Source: Bermanella sp.
GTDB taxonomy: Bacteria > Pseudomonadota > Gammaproteobacteria > Pseudomonadales > Oceanobacteraceae
DNA length: 32,000 nt
Direction: 5' to 3'
Assembly (NCBI GenBank): GCA_034111105.1
Contig: JAWUXY010000047.1
Location: forward strand, 3,519 to 35,518
The notes below the pieces were generated by a model that was not told where the DNA came from, searched no databases, and saw only the letters and a list, made by a program, of their open reading frames with translations. Below are positions 8,824 to 18,776 of this stretch, piece after piece. Each line of letters opens with the position of its first letter. The first letter of the stretch is position 1. The position numbers and the translations under genes are program-made.

Positions 8824-11800
8824 CTAAAATTCTTGCCAGTCATCATCATCATCCTTGACCACTGGGCGACTTGCCGTTGACGGTTTATGCGTCTGTGCCG
8901 TTGAGGCTCTTGGTTTATTGATTGAGGATTGACCTCCCCCATGATGACCGGATGATTGATGCATCGCCATTGGGCTTTGTACATCCGACCCGGATGCCAC
9001 TTTAAAGAAGCCAACTAAATCAAGCATATTTTTCGCTTGTTCGGTCATGGTTTCACTGGCGGCAGATGCTTCTTCAACTAAAGCCGCATTTTGTTGCGTC
9101 ATTTCATCCATCTGACTAATGGCTTTATTAACCTGTTCGATACCACTGGCTTGCTCTTCTGAAGCTGAACTGATTTCTTTAATCATTGTGTTCACTTTTT
9201 CAACAGCTTCGACGATTTCTGCCAATGTTTGTCCTGACTTGTTAACAAGGTCGGTACCGTTATCCACTTTTTCGACACTATCGCGAATAAGGTCTTTAAT
9301 TTCTTTTGCTGCACCTGCGCTGCGCTGCGCTAAGTTACGCACTTCACCGGCGACCACTGCAAAGCCTTTACCTTGCTCACCTGCTCGAGCCGCTTCAACA
9401 GCAGCATTTAGCGCTAATAAATTGGTTTGGAATGCAATCTCATCAATCACGCCAATAATATCTGCAATTTTTTTACTGGACGTATTAATTTCTTCCATCG
9501 CTCCCACTGCCTTGCTAACGACTTGACCACCCTTCTGGGCTTTGTCTTGCGCATTGGCCGCTAAGTTATTAGCGTGAGAGGCGTTCTCGCTGGTTTGACG
9601 CACCGAGCTTGTCATTTCTTCCATGCTAGATGCTGTCTCTTCTAAACTGGAAGCTTGCTCTTCTGTGCGTTGGCTTAAATCTGTATTGCCCTGTGCAATT
9701 TCAGTTGAGCCAGTACTTACGGTATTAGCTGATTCACGAATACGTCCAATGACATCGGTTAATCGTTCGCCTGTGGCGTTGGCATCTTGTTTTAGTTTTC
9801 CGAAAATACCTTGGTAATCAGCCTCTATACGCTCATCTAACTTACCATGAGCCATAGCGTCTAATACGCGCGCGGTGTCGTTAATGACGTTTTCAGAGAT
9901 TGTCATTAAACTATTAAGGCCCATGCATAAGTTTTTAAAGAACCCACTCTTATCATCCACGGTGGCGCGCAGACTTAACTCACCTTTACTTGCAGATTCA
10001 ATAATATTATCAACTTCACGTTCAACCGATACTTCTTCTGTACGATCACTCCATTCAACCACTGTACCTAATCGCTCCCCTTCTGGGTTAACAATTGGGC
10101 TCGCTATTAATGAGAACGTACGTCCACCTACAACAATTTGCGTTTTATAAGTATCTTTTAATGCCGCTAGCATTTGTCGTTGATGGGCAGGGTTTTTATG
10201 GAAAATATCAATATTACTGCCCAATACCTGACTGGCTGAAAATTGAGGTAAATCTTTACGCACATCAGATTCTGCTATGCGTAGCATGCCAGCTACGGCT
10301 TCATTGGTATAAATAACATTTTGATCATTATCAGCAATCATTGTATTCGCTGAACAAGCATCAAGTGCTAAACGAACGCGAGTATTTTCATCCGCTGTGC
10401 GTTTCTGCTCAGCCTCAAAAGTTAACTGTTCTGTTAAATCAAGCCACTCAACAACTGTACCAAGGCGTTTTTCATCTTGCCAAACAGGTGTCGCAACAAG
10501 ATTAAATGTTCTTCCACCTACTACAATTTTGGTTTTATAGACATCTCGAAGCTCACTAAGCATACCTCTCTGATGAGAAGGATTTTTATGGAATCCATCA
10601 ACATTAAATCCCATTAGATTTTTAACATCAAAATTCGGTAAATCTTTCTTAATATCCGATTCTGCATCACTCAGCATTTCAAGGACAGAATCATTTAAAT
10701 ATACGATATTTAATTCTTCATCAGCCATCATTACATTTGCTTGGCATACATCAAGCGCACTTCGTGTACGAGCATTTTCATCTCCTATCCGTTTCAACTC
10801 TGCCTCTGAGGCTAACGCTTCCGTCAAGTCGCGCCACTCAACAACTGTACCAAGGCGTTTTTCATCTTGCCAAACAGGCGTCGCAACAAGATTAAATGTT
10901 CTTCCACCTACTACAATATTGGTTTTATAAACATCCCGAAGGTCACGGAGCATTCCTCTTTGGTGAGAAGGATTTTTATGAAAACCATCGACATTAAAAC
11001 CCATTAGGTTTTTAACATCAAAGTTCGGTAAATCTTTCTTAATATCCGATTGTGCGTCATTCAGCATTTCGCGAACAGAATCATTTAAATATACAATATT
11101 TAATTCTTCATCTGCCATCATTACATTTGCTTGACATACATCAAGCGCACTTCGTGTACGAGAATTTTCAGCCGAAATTTTTTCTTCTCGCTCAGTTCGT
11201 GCTATTTCTTCTGTTTTATCTGTCCACTCAACAACTGTACCTATGCGCTTACCCTCTGCGCTCAATACTGGATTAACAATCAAAGAGAATGTCCGACCAC
11301 CAAGATTTAATTGGGTTTCATGTGTGCCTGATAACTTATCTAACATAGAGCGCTGATAGCTTGGGTCTTTATGGAAGATATCAATATTTTGCCCTAAAAC
11401 TTTATCAACTGAGAAGCTAGGGATGCTTTTTTTGATATCGTTTTCTGCGGTTACAAACATGTCTTTTACACCTTTATTGGTATAAACAAGATTGTATTCT
11501 TCGTCCGCTACCATCAAGCAAGACTCTGCACATGAATCTAATGCACGCTTAATTCGAGTATTGGAGATGCTTTCATTTTTCTGTCTTGTAACGTTAGTTG
11601 CAAATTTAATAACCTTATAAGGCTTACCATCTTCACCTAAAACAGGATTATAAGATGCTTGAATCCAAACTTCTTTACCACCTTTACCAATGCGTTTATA
11701 TTCTTCACTTTCAAATTCACCACTGTTTAATTTCTCCCAAAACATACGGTACTCATTACTTTCTTTAAAGCTAGGCTCTACAAATATACTATGATGCTTC

Positions 11801-12288
11801 CCTTTAACTTCATCGAGTGTATACCCCATAACACTTAAGAAATTATGATTAGCCGTAATAATTGTACCGTCCATGTTAAATTCGATAATCGCTTGTACTT
11901 TATCAATTGCAAACACTTTGGCTTCATTTTCTTTTTGATTACTGGTATCTGTGCTCGACACAATGCCTTTTATGCTATTGCGTAGGTTGACCAGGGTGTA
12001 TATTAATTTAGCTAATTCGTCTTTCCCTTTTGTACTTGGGTCGTAGCTATAATCACCATTAGCAGTGGCGTTTGCACTTCGAGTAGCCAAGACTAACACC
12101 GTCAACAACTTATGCGCTTGCATCCAATGAGCAATAAGCCCCGCTAAACACAACAAACTAAGTACAATTAAAGCATTGCCCGCTTGTTCTTGGGGGATTG
12201 TAATAAAGGCATATACCAAACCAACAAGAGGTAATATCCAAGGCATTATAAATTTATACTGTATGCTCATCCGGCTTAAACTATCCAT
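8824..12288 (-). CDS. Methyl-accepting chemotaxis protein, Aer2/McpB-like: TM hairpin, PAS, four Aer2-type PAS, HAMP, MA domain and a C-terminal DWQEF pentapeptide
   Basis: Highly conserved MCP hairpin tip [42 protein letters not shown]. Four modules carry FHK(N/D)PxxQR and GTVVEW. I place the start at the ATG at 12288 (AGGTGG SD 8 nt upstream); the ORF track starts at a GTG at 12300, abutting the cheW stop. Confidence 0.95.
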   Translation of the reverse strand: MDSLSRMSIQYKFIMPWILPLVGLVYAFITIPQEQAGNALIVLSLLCLAGLIAHWMQAHKLLTVLVLATRSANATANGDYSYDPSTKGKDELAKLIYTLVNLRNSIKGIVSSTDTSNQKENEAKVFAIDKVQAIIEFNMDGTIITANHNFLSVMGYTLDEVKGKHHSIFVEPSFKESNEYRMFWEKLNSGEFESEEYKRIGKGGKEVWIQASYNPVLGEDGKPYKVIKFATNVTRQKNESISNTRIKRALDSCAESCLMVADEEYNLVYTNKGVKDMFVTAENDIKKSIPSFSVDKVLGQNIDIFHKDPSYQRSMLDKLSGTHETQLNLGGRTFSLIVNPVLSAEGKRIGTVVEWTDKTEEIARTEREEKISAENSRTRSALDVCQANVMMADEELNIVYLNDSVREMLNDAQSDIKKDLPNFDVKNLMGFNVDGFHKNPSHQRGMLRDLRDVYKTNIVVGGRTFNLVATPVWQDEKRLGTVVEWRDLTEALASEAELKRIGDENARTRSALDVCQANVMMADEELNIVYLNDSVLEMLSDAESDIKKDLPNFDVKNLMGFNVDGFHKNPSHQRGMLSELRDVYKTKIVVGGRTFNLVATPVWQDEKRLGTVVEWLDLTEQLTFEAEQKRTADENTRVRLALDACSANTMIADNDQNVIYTNEAVAGMLRIAESDVRKDLPQFSASQVLGSNIDIFHKNPAHQRQMLAALKDTYKTQIVVGGRTFSLIASPIVNPEGERLGTVVEWSDRTEEVSVEREVDNIIESASKGELSLRATVDDKSGFFKNLCMGLNSLMTISENVINDTARVLDAMAHGKLDERIEADYQGIFGKLKQDANATGERLTDVIGRIRESANTVSTGSTEIAQGNTDLSQRTEEQASSLEETASSMEEMTSSVRQTSENASHANNLAANAQDKAQKGGQVVSKAVGAMEEINTSSKKIADIIGVIDEIAFQTNLLALNAAVEAARAGEQGKGFAVVAGEVRNLAQRSAGAAKEIKDLIRDSVEKVDNGTDLVNKSGQTLAEIVEAVEKVNTMIKEISSASEEQASGIEQVNKAISQMDEMTQQNAALVEEASAASETMTEQAKNMLDLVGFFKVASGSDVQSPMAMHQSSGHHGGGQSSINKPRASTAQTHKPSTASRPVVKDDDDDWQEF
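10443..11170 (-). repeat. In-frame tandem duplication (period 390 nt = 130 aa) encoding two near-identical PAS modules
   Basis: My manual alignment of 10443-10780 against 10833-11170 gives roughly 26 mismatches in about 340 nt and no indels (about 92% identity). The flanking PAS modules (10045-10440 and 11170-11559) are clearly more diverged. Confidence 0.9.
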
Positions 12289-12300
12289 TTTTGTTACCAC

Positions 12301-12795
12301 CTAGTCATCAATCGTTAAAAGATTTTCAAGTTCTAATAGAATCACCATGTTTTTTTTCACAGTAACCAACCCTTTTATGAAGTTTGAATTCTTATTGTCA
12401 CCTAGCCCTTTATTTTTTGCATCGCCAATGGGTACGTCATACACATCACTGATAGCATCAACAATAATCCCCATTGTTCTCGTCCCATTCGCTGTGAATA
12501 TCTTAAGTACAATCACAACGGTTTCGTCTCCGTATTCCACTTTTGATAAATCAAAACGCAAACGTAAATCCATAATAGGGACAATGGTGCCACGCAAATT
12601 AATTACGCCTTTCAAATACTTGGGGCTATTAGGTATTGGGGTCGCTGACTCCCAACCTCTAATCTCTTGTACCGCTAAAATATCAACCCCGTATTCTTCA
12701 TCTGCCATAATGAACGTTAAATATTGCTCGGTCAGAACCCCATCTTCGAATCCAGCACGCTGATCTTTTTGTTCCACTTCACTCGTTGCAGTCAT
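12301..12795 (-). CDS. cheW: CheW coupling protein
   Basis: 164 aa CheW domain (EYGVDILAVQEIRGW, VINLRGTIVPIMDLR, GIIVDAISDV). Confidence 0.95.
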   Translation of the reverse strand: MTATSEVEQKDQRAGFEDGVLTEQYLTFIMADEEYGVDILAVQEIRGWESATPIPNSPKYLKGVINLRGTIVPIMDLRLRFDLSKVEYGDETVVIVLKIFTANGTRTMGIIVDAISDVYDVPIGDAKNKGLGDNKNSNFIKGLVTVKKNMVILLELENLLTIDD

Positions 12796-12810
12796 ATGAT
12801 CGGCTTTCCA

Positions 12811-14925
12811 CTATGCGGCTTTATGGCTACCATCAATAATTTTTGATGATGCCCCACTCATTTTTGACAAGCTGCTAATATCCACGATCAGTGCAACGGT
12901 ACCATCGCCTAATATAGTTGCACCTGAAATACCATCTACTCGTTTGTAGTTCTCTTCTAAACTCTTGATAACCACTTGCTGCTGACCTAATAGTTCATCA
13001 ACAACTACGCCCATTTTTTCACCATCGGTTTCAACCACAACAATGATACTTTCTTCAATGGGTTTCTTTTCTTTATCAATATTAAATACGTCATCTAGTT
13101 CAATAATAGGGACATATTCATCACGCAACTGAAGTACATCACTGTGGCCACCAACATGGTTAATGGCACGATCATCTAGCTGAATGGACTCCACAATACT
13201 GACCAAAGGAAATATGTATATTTCATCTCCGACTTTAACAAGCTGACCGTCTAAAATGGCAAGTGTTAGAGGTAATCGAATCACAAAGCGAGAACCGCGA
13301 CCTCTTTCTGAGCTTACTTCGATCGAACCGTTTAATGCTGAGATATTACGACGTACGACATCCATACCCACACCACGACCTGATAAATCACTGACGATGT
13401 CCGCGGTAGAGAAACCAGGTTGAAAAATAAGGTCAAAAATTTGTTCTTGGCTTAGGTTTGCACCTTCTGCCACTAAACCTTTTTCAATCGCCTTTGATAA
13501 TATACGGTCTGAATTTATACCCGCGCCATCATCTTTTATTTCAATGACGATATTACCGCTTTGATGATAAGCATCTAATTTAACCGTACCTGTTTCTGGC
13601 TTGCCTGCTGCAAGACGATCGGCTGGCACTTCAATGCCGTGGTCAATCGAATTGCGAATAAGGTGAACCATTGGGTCGCCTATTTTTTCCATTACCGTTT
13701 TATCAAGTTCGGTATTTTCACCTGACATTAACAGCTCAATTTTTTTATTAAGAGAAATACTCACATCCCGTACTAAGCGAGGGAATCGACTGAATACAAA
13801 GCTAATAGGCATCATGCGAATTTTCATCACACTCTCTTGTAGCTCACGAGTGTTGTGCTCTAATTGCGCTAGCCCTTCTTGTAAACGCTGTACTCTTGAT
13901 ATATCAAAATTTTGCCCAAGTTGCCCAAGCATTGATTGAGTAATCACCAGCTCACCAACCATATTAATTAAGCTATCAACTTTGTCGATACTCACTCGAA
14001 TAGATGAACTTTCTTGCGCCTTTTGTGGTGATTTAGCTTGGGGCTGAGCCTCTACGGCTTCCGCTTTGACGACGGTTTTTTCAGCGGGGGGCGTGGCTGG
14101 CGCAACAACACTCTCTGTTGGTTTTTCTTCACCTGCATTTGATGCATGTTCACCCGATGCTGAACCTGTCGAATCCACACCCATTGACAACGGTGTAATG
14201 ATAATTTCAGCATCATCAATGACCCATTCAAATACTTCATCTATTTCAGATTTTTCAATGGATTTTTCTATACGAATATCCCAAGCCAAATAACATTTCT
14301 CAGGATCAAGCCCAGTTAACTCAGGTAGACGTTGCGTATCGGCAATGACTTGCATTTGATAATCACACAGTTCGGCTAATTGGCGAAACATGCGCGCAGG
14401 TTCATTACCTGTTTGTAAAATAGTTAATTCCGGAATAAACCGAATATGCCAGCCACCGGCTTTATCATCATCTTGTTTGTCTACAGCAGGTGGTGACGGA
14501 GGCTCATCTGGTATGTTTGCATCTGTAGAAGCTGACCCGACATTTAAGATACTTTCAAATTGTGCTTTTAAACTATTGGTTTCAGTTAAGTTTGGATCAT
14601 TACCCGCCTGCAAGTCTTGTAATAACCCTTTGATGCAATCAACACTTTTCAATAGTAAATTCTGAATATCTTGACTCATGGCACGCTTGCCACTGCGTAT
14701 TTGATCTAACAATGTTTCTAGCACATGGGTAAACCCAGCCACTTGGTTAAAACCAAATGTCCCCGCTCCCCCTTTCATTGAATGTGCTGCGCGAAATATC
14801 GTATTGATTATCTCAGCATCAGGTTCCACCAAGTCTAGCTCGAGCAAACCTTGCTCCATAGCATCTAGACCTTCGTAGCTTTCTTCGAAGAATACTTGGT
14901 GAAATTGGCTAAGATCAATACTCAT
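12811..14925 (-). CDS. cheA: CheA chemotaxis histidine kinase
   Basis: P1 Hpt (AAHSMKGGAGTFG), P3/P4 (HLIRNSIDHGIE, DDGAGIN, GRGVGMDVV) and P5 CheW-like C-terminus. Confidence 0.97.
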   Translation of the reverse strand: MSIDLSQFHQVFFEESYEGLDAMEQGLLELDLVEPDAEIINTIFRAAHSMKGGAGTFGFNQVAGFTHVLETLLDQIRSGKRAMSQDIQNLLLKSVDCIKGLLQDLQAGNDPNLTETNSLKAQFESILNVGSASTDANIPDEPPSPPAVDKQDDDKAGGWHIRFIPELTILQTGNEPARMFRQLAELCDYQMQVIADTQRLPELTGLDPEKCYLAWDIRIEKSIEKSEIDEVFEWVIDDAEIIITPLSMGVDSTGSASGEHASNAGEEKPTESVVAPATPPAEKTVVKAEAVEAQPQAKSPQKAQESSSIRVSIDKVDSLINMVGELVITQSMLGQLGQNFDISRVQRLQEGLAQLEHNTRELQESVMKIRMMPISFVFSRFPRLVRDVSISLNKKIELLMSGENTELDKTVMEKIGDPMVHLIRNSIDHGIEVPADRLAAGKPETGTVKLDAYHQSGNIVIEIKDDGAGINSDRILSKAIEKGLVAEGANLSQEQIFDLIFQPGFSTADIVSDLSGRGVGMDVVRRNISALNGSIEVSSERGRGSRFVIRLPLTLAILDGQLVKVGDEIYIFPLVSIVESIQLDDRAINHVGGHSDVLQLRDEYVPIIELDDVFNIDKEKKPIEESIIVVVETDGEKMGVVVDELLGQQQVVIKSLEENYKRVDGISGATILGDGTVALIVDISSLSKMSGASSKIIDGSHKAA

Positions 14926-14929
14926 GAAT

Positions 14930-15292
14930 TTACCCTAGAACTTTCTTAATGGTGGTAAGAAGTTGATCAGGGTTGAATGGTTTTACGATCCAACCAGTTG
15001 CCCCTGCGCTTTTACCTTCCATTTTTTTATCACCGGCAGATTCGGTGGTGAGCATTAAGATCGGTGTGAATTTATAGCTCGGTAGCTCCCGTAATTTACG
15101 GCACAATTCAATGCCATTCATATTCGGCATATTCACGTCACTCAGTACAAGGTCAACTCCTTGTCCCTGTGCAAACTTTAATGCTTCGGCACCATCACTG
15201 GCTTCTACTACGTCGTGACCCGCCCCTTTTAATGTAAAGCTAACCATTTGGCGCATGGAGGCTGAATCATCTACTGCTAATATTTTTGCCAT
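14930..15292 (-). CDS. cheY: CheY single-domain response regulator
   Basis: 120 aa with all receiver residues present (VDDS, LVLSDVNMPNMNG, LMLTTE, VKPF). Lies 4 nt upstream of cheA. Confidence 0.95.
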   Translation of the reverse strand: MAKILAVDDSASMRQMVSFTLKGAGHDVVEASDGAEALKFAQGQGVDLVLSDVNMPNMNGIELCRKLRELPSYKFTPILMLTTESAGDKKMEGKSAGATGWIVKPFNPDQLLTTIKKVLG

Positions 15293-15308
15293 AAACTAGT
15301 CTCCCGAT

Positions 15309-15590
15309 TTAATGTCCATTCAATCCAATGTGTTCGTCAATGCCCAGCAACTTGGCTGTCGCGACTGTTTGCTCAGAGGGATTTGGCCAAGTGAGCTTAC
15401 GATCATATTTGGCTAATGCCTGATGAAAACTAAGGATAAGTTGTAATGCAGATGTGTCTATTTGCTCGACGCTTGCGGATTGAATTTCGATATCGTTACC
15501 GGATTGAATCAAGCTTTCCATTTGCCCATGCAGCTCCTCTGCCTTAACTATGGTACAGCGAGTACCTAAGTCGATTTTATCCATATCCAT
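15309..15590 (-). CDS. Small STAS-domain protein at the head of the che operon (CheS-like by position)
   Basis: 93 aa with a STAS-like core (VEQIDTSALQLILSF). Same size and position (directly upstream of cheY-cheA) as S. meliloti CheS. Assignment by motif and synteny only. Confidence 0.65.
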   Translation of the reverse strand: MDMDKIDLGTRCTIVKAEELHGQMESLIQSGNDIEIQSASVEQIDTSALQLILSFHQALAKYDRKLTWPNPSEQTVATAKLLGIDEHIGLNGH

Positions 15591-15680
15591 TTCTTGTACT
15601 GCCTTTAGCTCATTTATTGATAATGTTAGACGCTAATACAGAGAATGTTTGGGGCGGCAGAAAAATTATTTTATTAATAA

Positions 15681-16130
15681 TTATGAGCTATGAAGGCGAT
15701 GTAGTTGTGCGCCTATTTCATCTAAAAATTTTTGCATCTGTTGGTTTTCTGACGCAATTGCTTGATCATTAAGTCGGGATTCTAACTTTTCGTAGCTCTT
15801 CAACTTTTGATTAAGTGTTTGATAAATAGCTTGAGCTTTTTTAAGTTGCTCTTTAACTTGAAAAATATGGTTATTTTGTTGAGTGATGGCATCGTCTATT
15901 TGACGCATAAATGATTCAAACTGTTGTATCTGTAAACCAGAAACCTTTACGCTGGCTTGGGATTGAAAGTTCTCACGGTAATCTTGCTGGTAACCAAGTA
16001 ATGTATTACTTTTTTCTTGTTCACTATTCAGTTTTTGCTGAAGCGCACCTATATAAGAAAGTGCTTCATTAACCGCATTTTGGGCAATCTGTACTAATGG
16101 TTTGAGTCGTTTTGCGCGTTCGCGGCTCAT
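15681..16130 (-). CDS. fliJ: FliJ flagellar export chaperone/stalk protein
   Basis: 149 aa Q/K/E-rich coiled-coil protein. 4-nt overlap with the fliI stop and conserved fliI-fliJ synteny. Confidence 0.82.
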   Translation of the reverse strand: MSRERAKRLKPLVQIAQNAVNEALSYIGALQQKLNSEQEKSNTLLGYQQDYRENFQSQASVKVSGLQIQQFESFMRQIDDAITQQNNHIFQVKEQLKKAQAIYQTLNQKLKSYEKLESRLNDQAIASENQQMQKFLDEIGAQLHRLHSS

Positions 16131-17477
16131 GATACGTCAGTTGTATCTTGTGGCTGCGCATTTCGACCAATGGCTTCATTTAATATCATGGTTAACCCTT
16201 CCATACTTTCTTTTAACGTGATGGCTTGGTTTAAGTCTTGTGCTAAATACGCTTTCATTACTGGGTTCAAACGCACAGCAAGATCTAACTCAGGACTGCT
16301 GCCAGGGTTGTATGCTCCAACACTGATCAAGTCTTTATTTTGTTGATACAAGCTATACAAGTATTTAAATCGTTGTGCTGACTTTAAGGTTACAGAATCG
16401 ACAATTTGCGGCATTGCTCGACTGATGGAAGCTTCAACATCGATCGCAGGGTATTGGCCTTCTTCTGCCAAGCGTCGACTTAATACGACATGGCCATCGA
16501 GTATGGCTCGGGCAGAATCAGCAATGGGATCTTGCAGATCATCACCTTCTGTTAATACTGTATAAAATGCAGTGATGGAACCACCTCCCGGTGGACCATT
16601 GCCAGTACGTTCAACCAACTTAGGGATTTTAGCAAACACAGATGGCGGGTAACCTTTTGTGGCCGGCGGCTCGCCAACCGCTAATGCAATTTCACGCTGA
16701 GCTTGGCCATAACGGGTAAGACTATCCATCAATAACAGCACGTCTTTACCTTCATCTCGAAAGTATTCTGAAATAGCGGTGCTCAACGACGCCGCTCGCA
16801 TACGCATAATTGGGCTGTCATCTGCGGGGCTGGCGACTACAACGGCACGCTTTAATCCTTCTTCACCTAATATGTCTTGAATAAATTCTTGTACTTCTCG
16901 ACCACGCTCTCCTACCAAGCCAACCACGACAATGTCGGCGGAAGTAAACCGCGTCATCATACCTAACAGCATACTTTTACCGACACCCGAACCCGCAAAT
17001 AGCCCCATACGCTGGCCTCGACCCACCGTCAGTAAAGCGTTAATTGCTCGAATGCCCACATCCATTGTGTCGCGAATAGGCGCGCGCTTCATTGGATTGA
17101 TGATCTTGCCTTCAAGGCTGATGTATTCGCTGCTAACAATGTCACCAAGGCCATCTAAGGGCTGCCCTGCGCCATTGAGTACACGGCCTAATAAACCAAA
17201 GCCTGCTGGAATTTGGTCACCATCTAAAATTGGTGTGACCTTGGCACCCAGTGATAAACCTTGCACTGGCTCAATGGGCATTAAAAAGAATTTATCACGA
17301 TCAAACCCCACCACTTCAGCTTCTATCTGGCCATTGCCTTGCTCTACCCAGCAGCGATCCCCCACTTTTACTTTGCAACCTACCGCTTCCATAGTGAGGC
17401 CAACCATACGCGTCAACTGACCCGACACTGTGGGTTGGCAATAGTATTCACCATGTTCTTTTAACCAGCGTATGGAT

Positions 17478-17506
<29 letters not shown>
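16127..17506 (-). CDS. fliI: FliI flagellum-specific ATPase
   Basis: Walker A GSGVGKSMLLGM, Walker B DVLLLMDSLTRY, F1/T3SS-ATPase fold motifs. An alternative start is the ATG at 17488 (MSLKSIRW...). Either start overlaps the fliH 3' end. Confidence 0.97.
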
Positions 17507-18719
<1,213 letters not shown>

Positions 18720-18776
18720 GGTTACTGCACTCTAAAATCGGTTGCGAATGAAGATATTATCAATCGTGTGTAACGG

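Noticed and set aside
8811-9014. 67-aa minus-strand ORF overlapping the MCP 3' end in another frame
   Set aside because: It is out of frame with a reading frame that carries a clear C-terminal linker and pentapeptide. It has no independent start signals or motifs.
9119-9526. 135-aa plus-strand ORF inside the MCP signalling domain. Similar antisense ORFs occur at 9623-9817, 9875-10150, 10095-10316 and 11052-11276.
   Set aside because: All lie opposite the strongly conserved MCP coding frame. The Ala/Ser/Leu-rich composition is typical of the antisense of coiled-coil MA domains.
10045-11559. Regularly spaced 390-nt repeats, and the GTTTTC repeats at 17645-17684, as a possible CRISPR-like array
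   Set aside because: Both are in-frame coding repeats inside long ORFs (PAS modules and the EN dipeptide run). The period and structure are wrong for CRISPR, and there are no cas genes.
12347-12763. 138-aa plus-strand ORF opposite cheW. Likewise 16932-17420 lies opposite fliI, and 14066-14293 and 14390-14665 lie opposite cheA.
   Set aside because: These are shadow ORFs of well-supported genes.
3822-15590. The idea that the che/partner-switch block is a mobile element or genomic island
   Set aside because: There is no transposase, integrase, tRNA, flanking direct or inverted repeat, or obvious compositional break at either boundary by eye. The native fliK promoter is intact right after the block. 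It looks like an old, domesticated insertion or rearrangement rather than an active mobile element. A GC-skew or k-mer computation would be needed to be sure.
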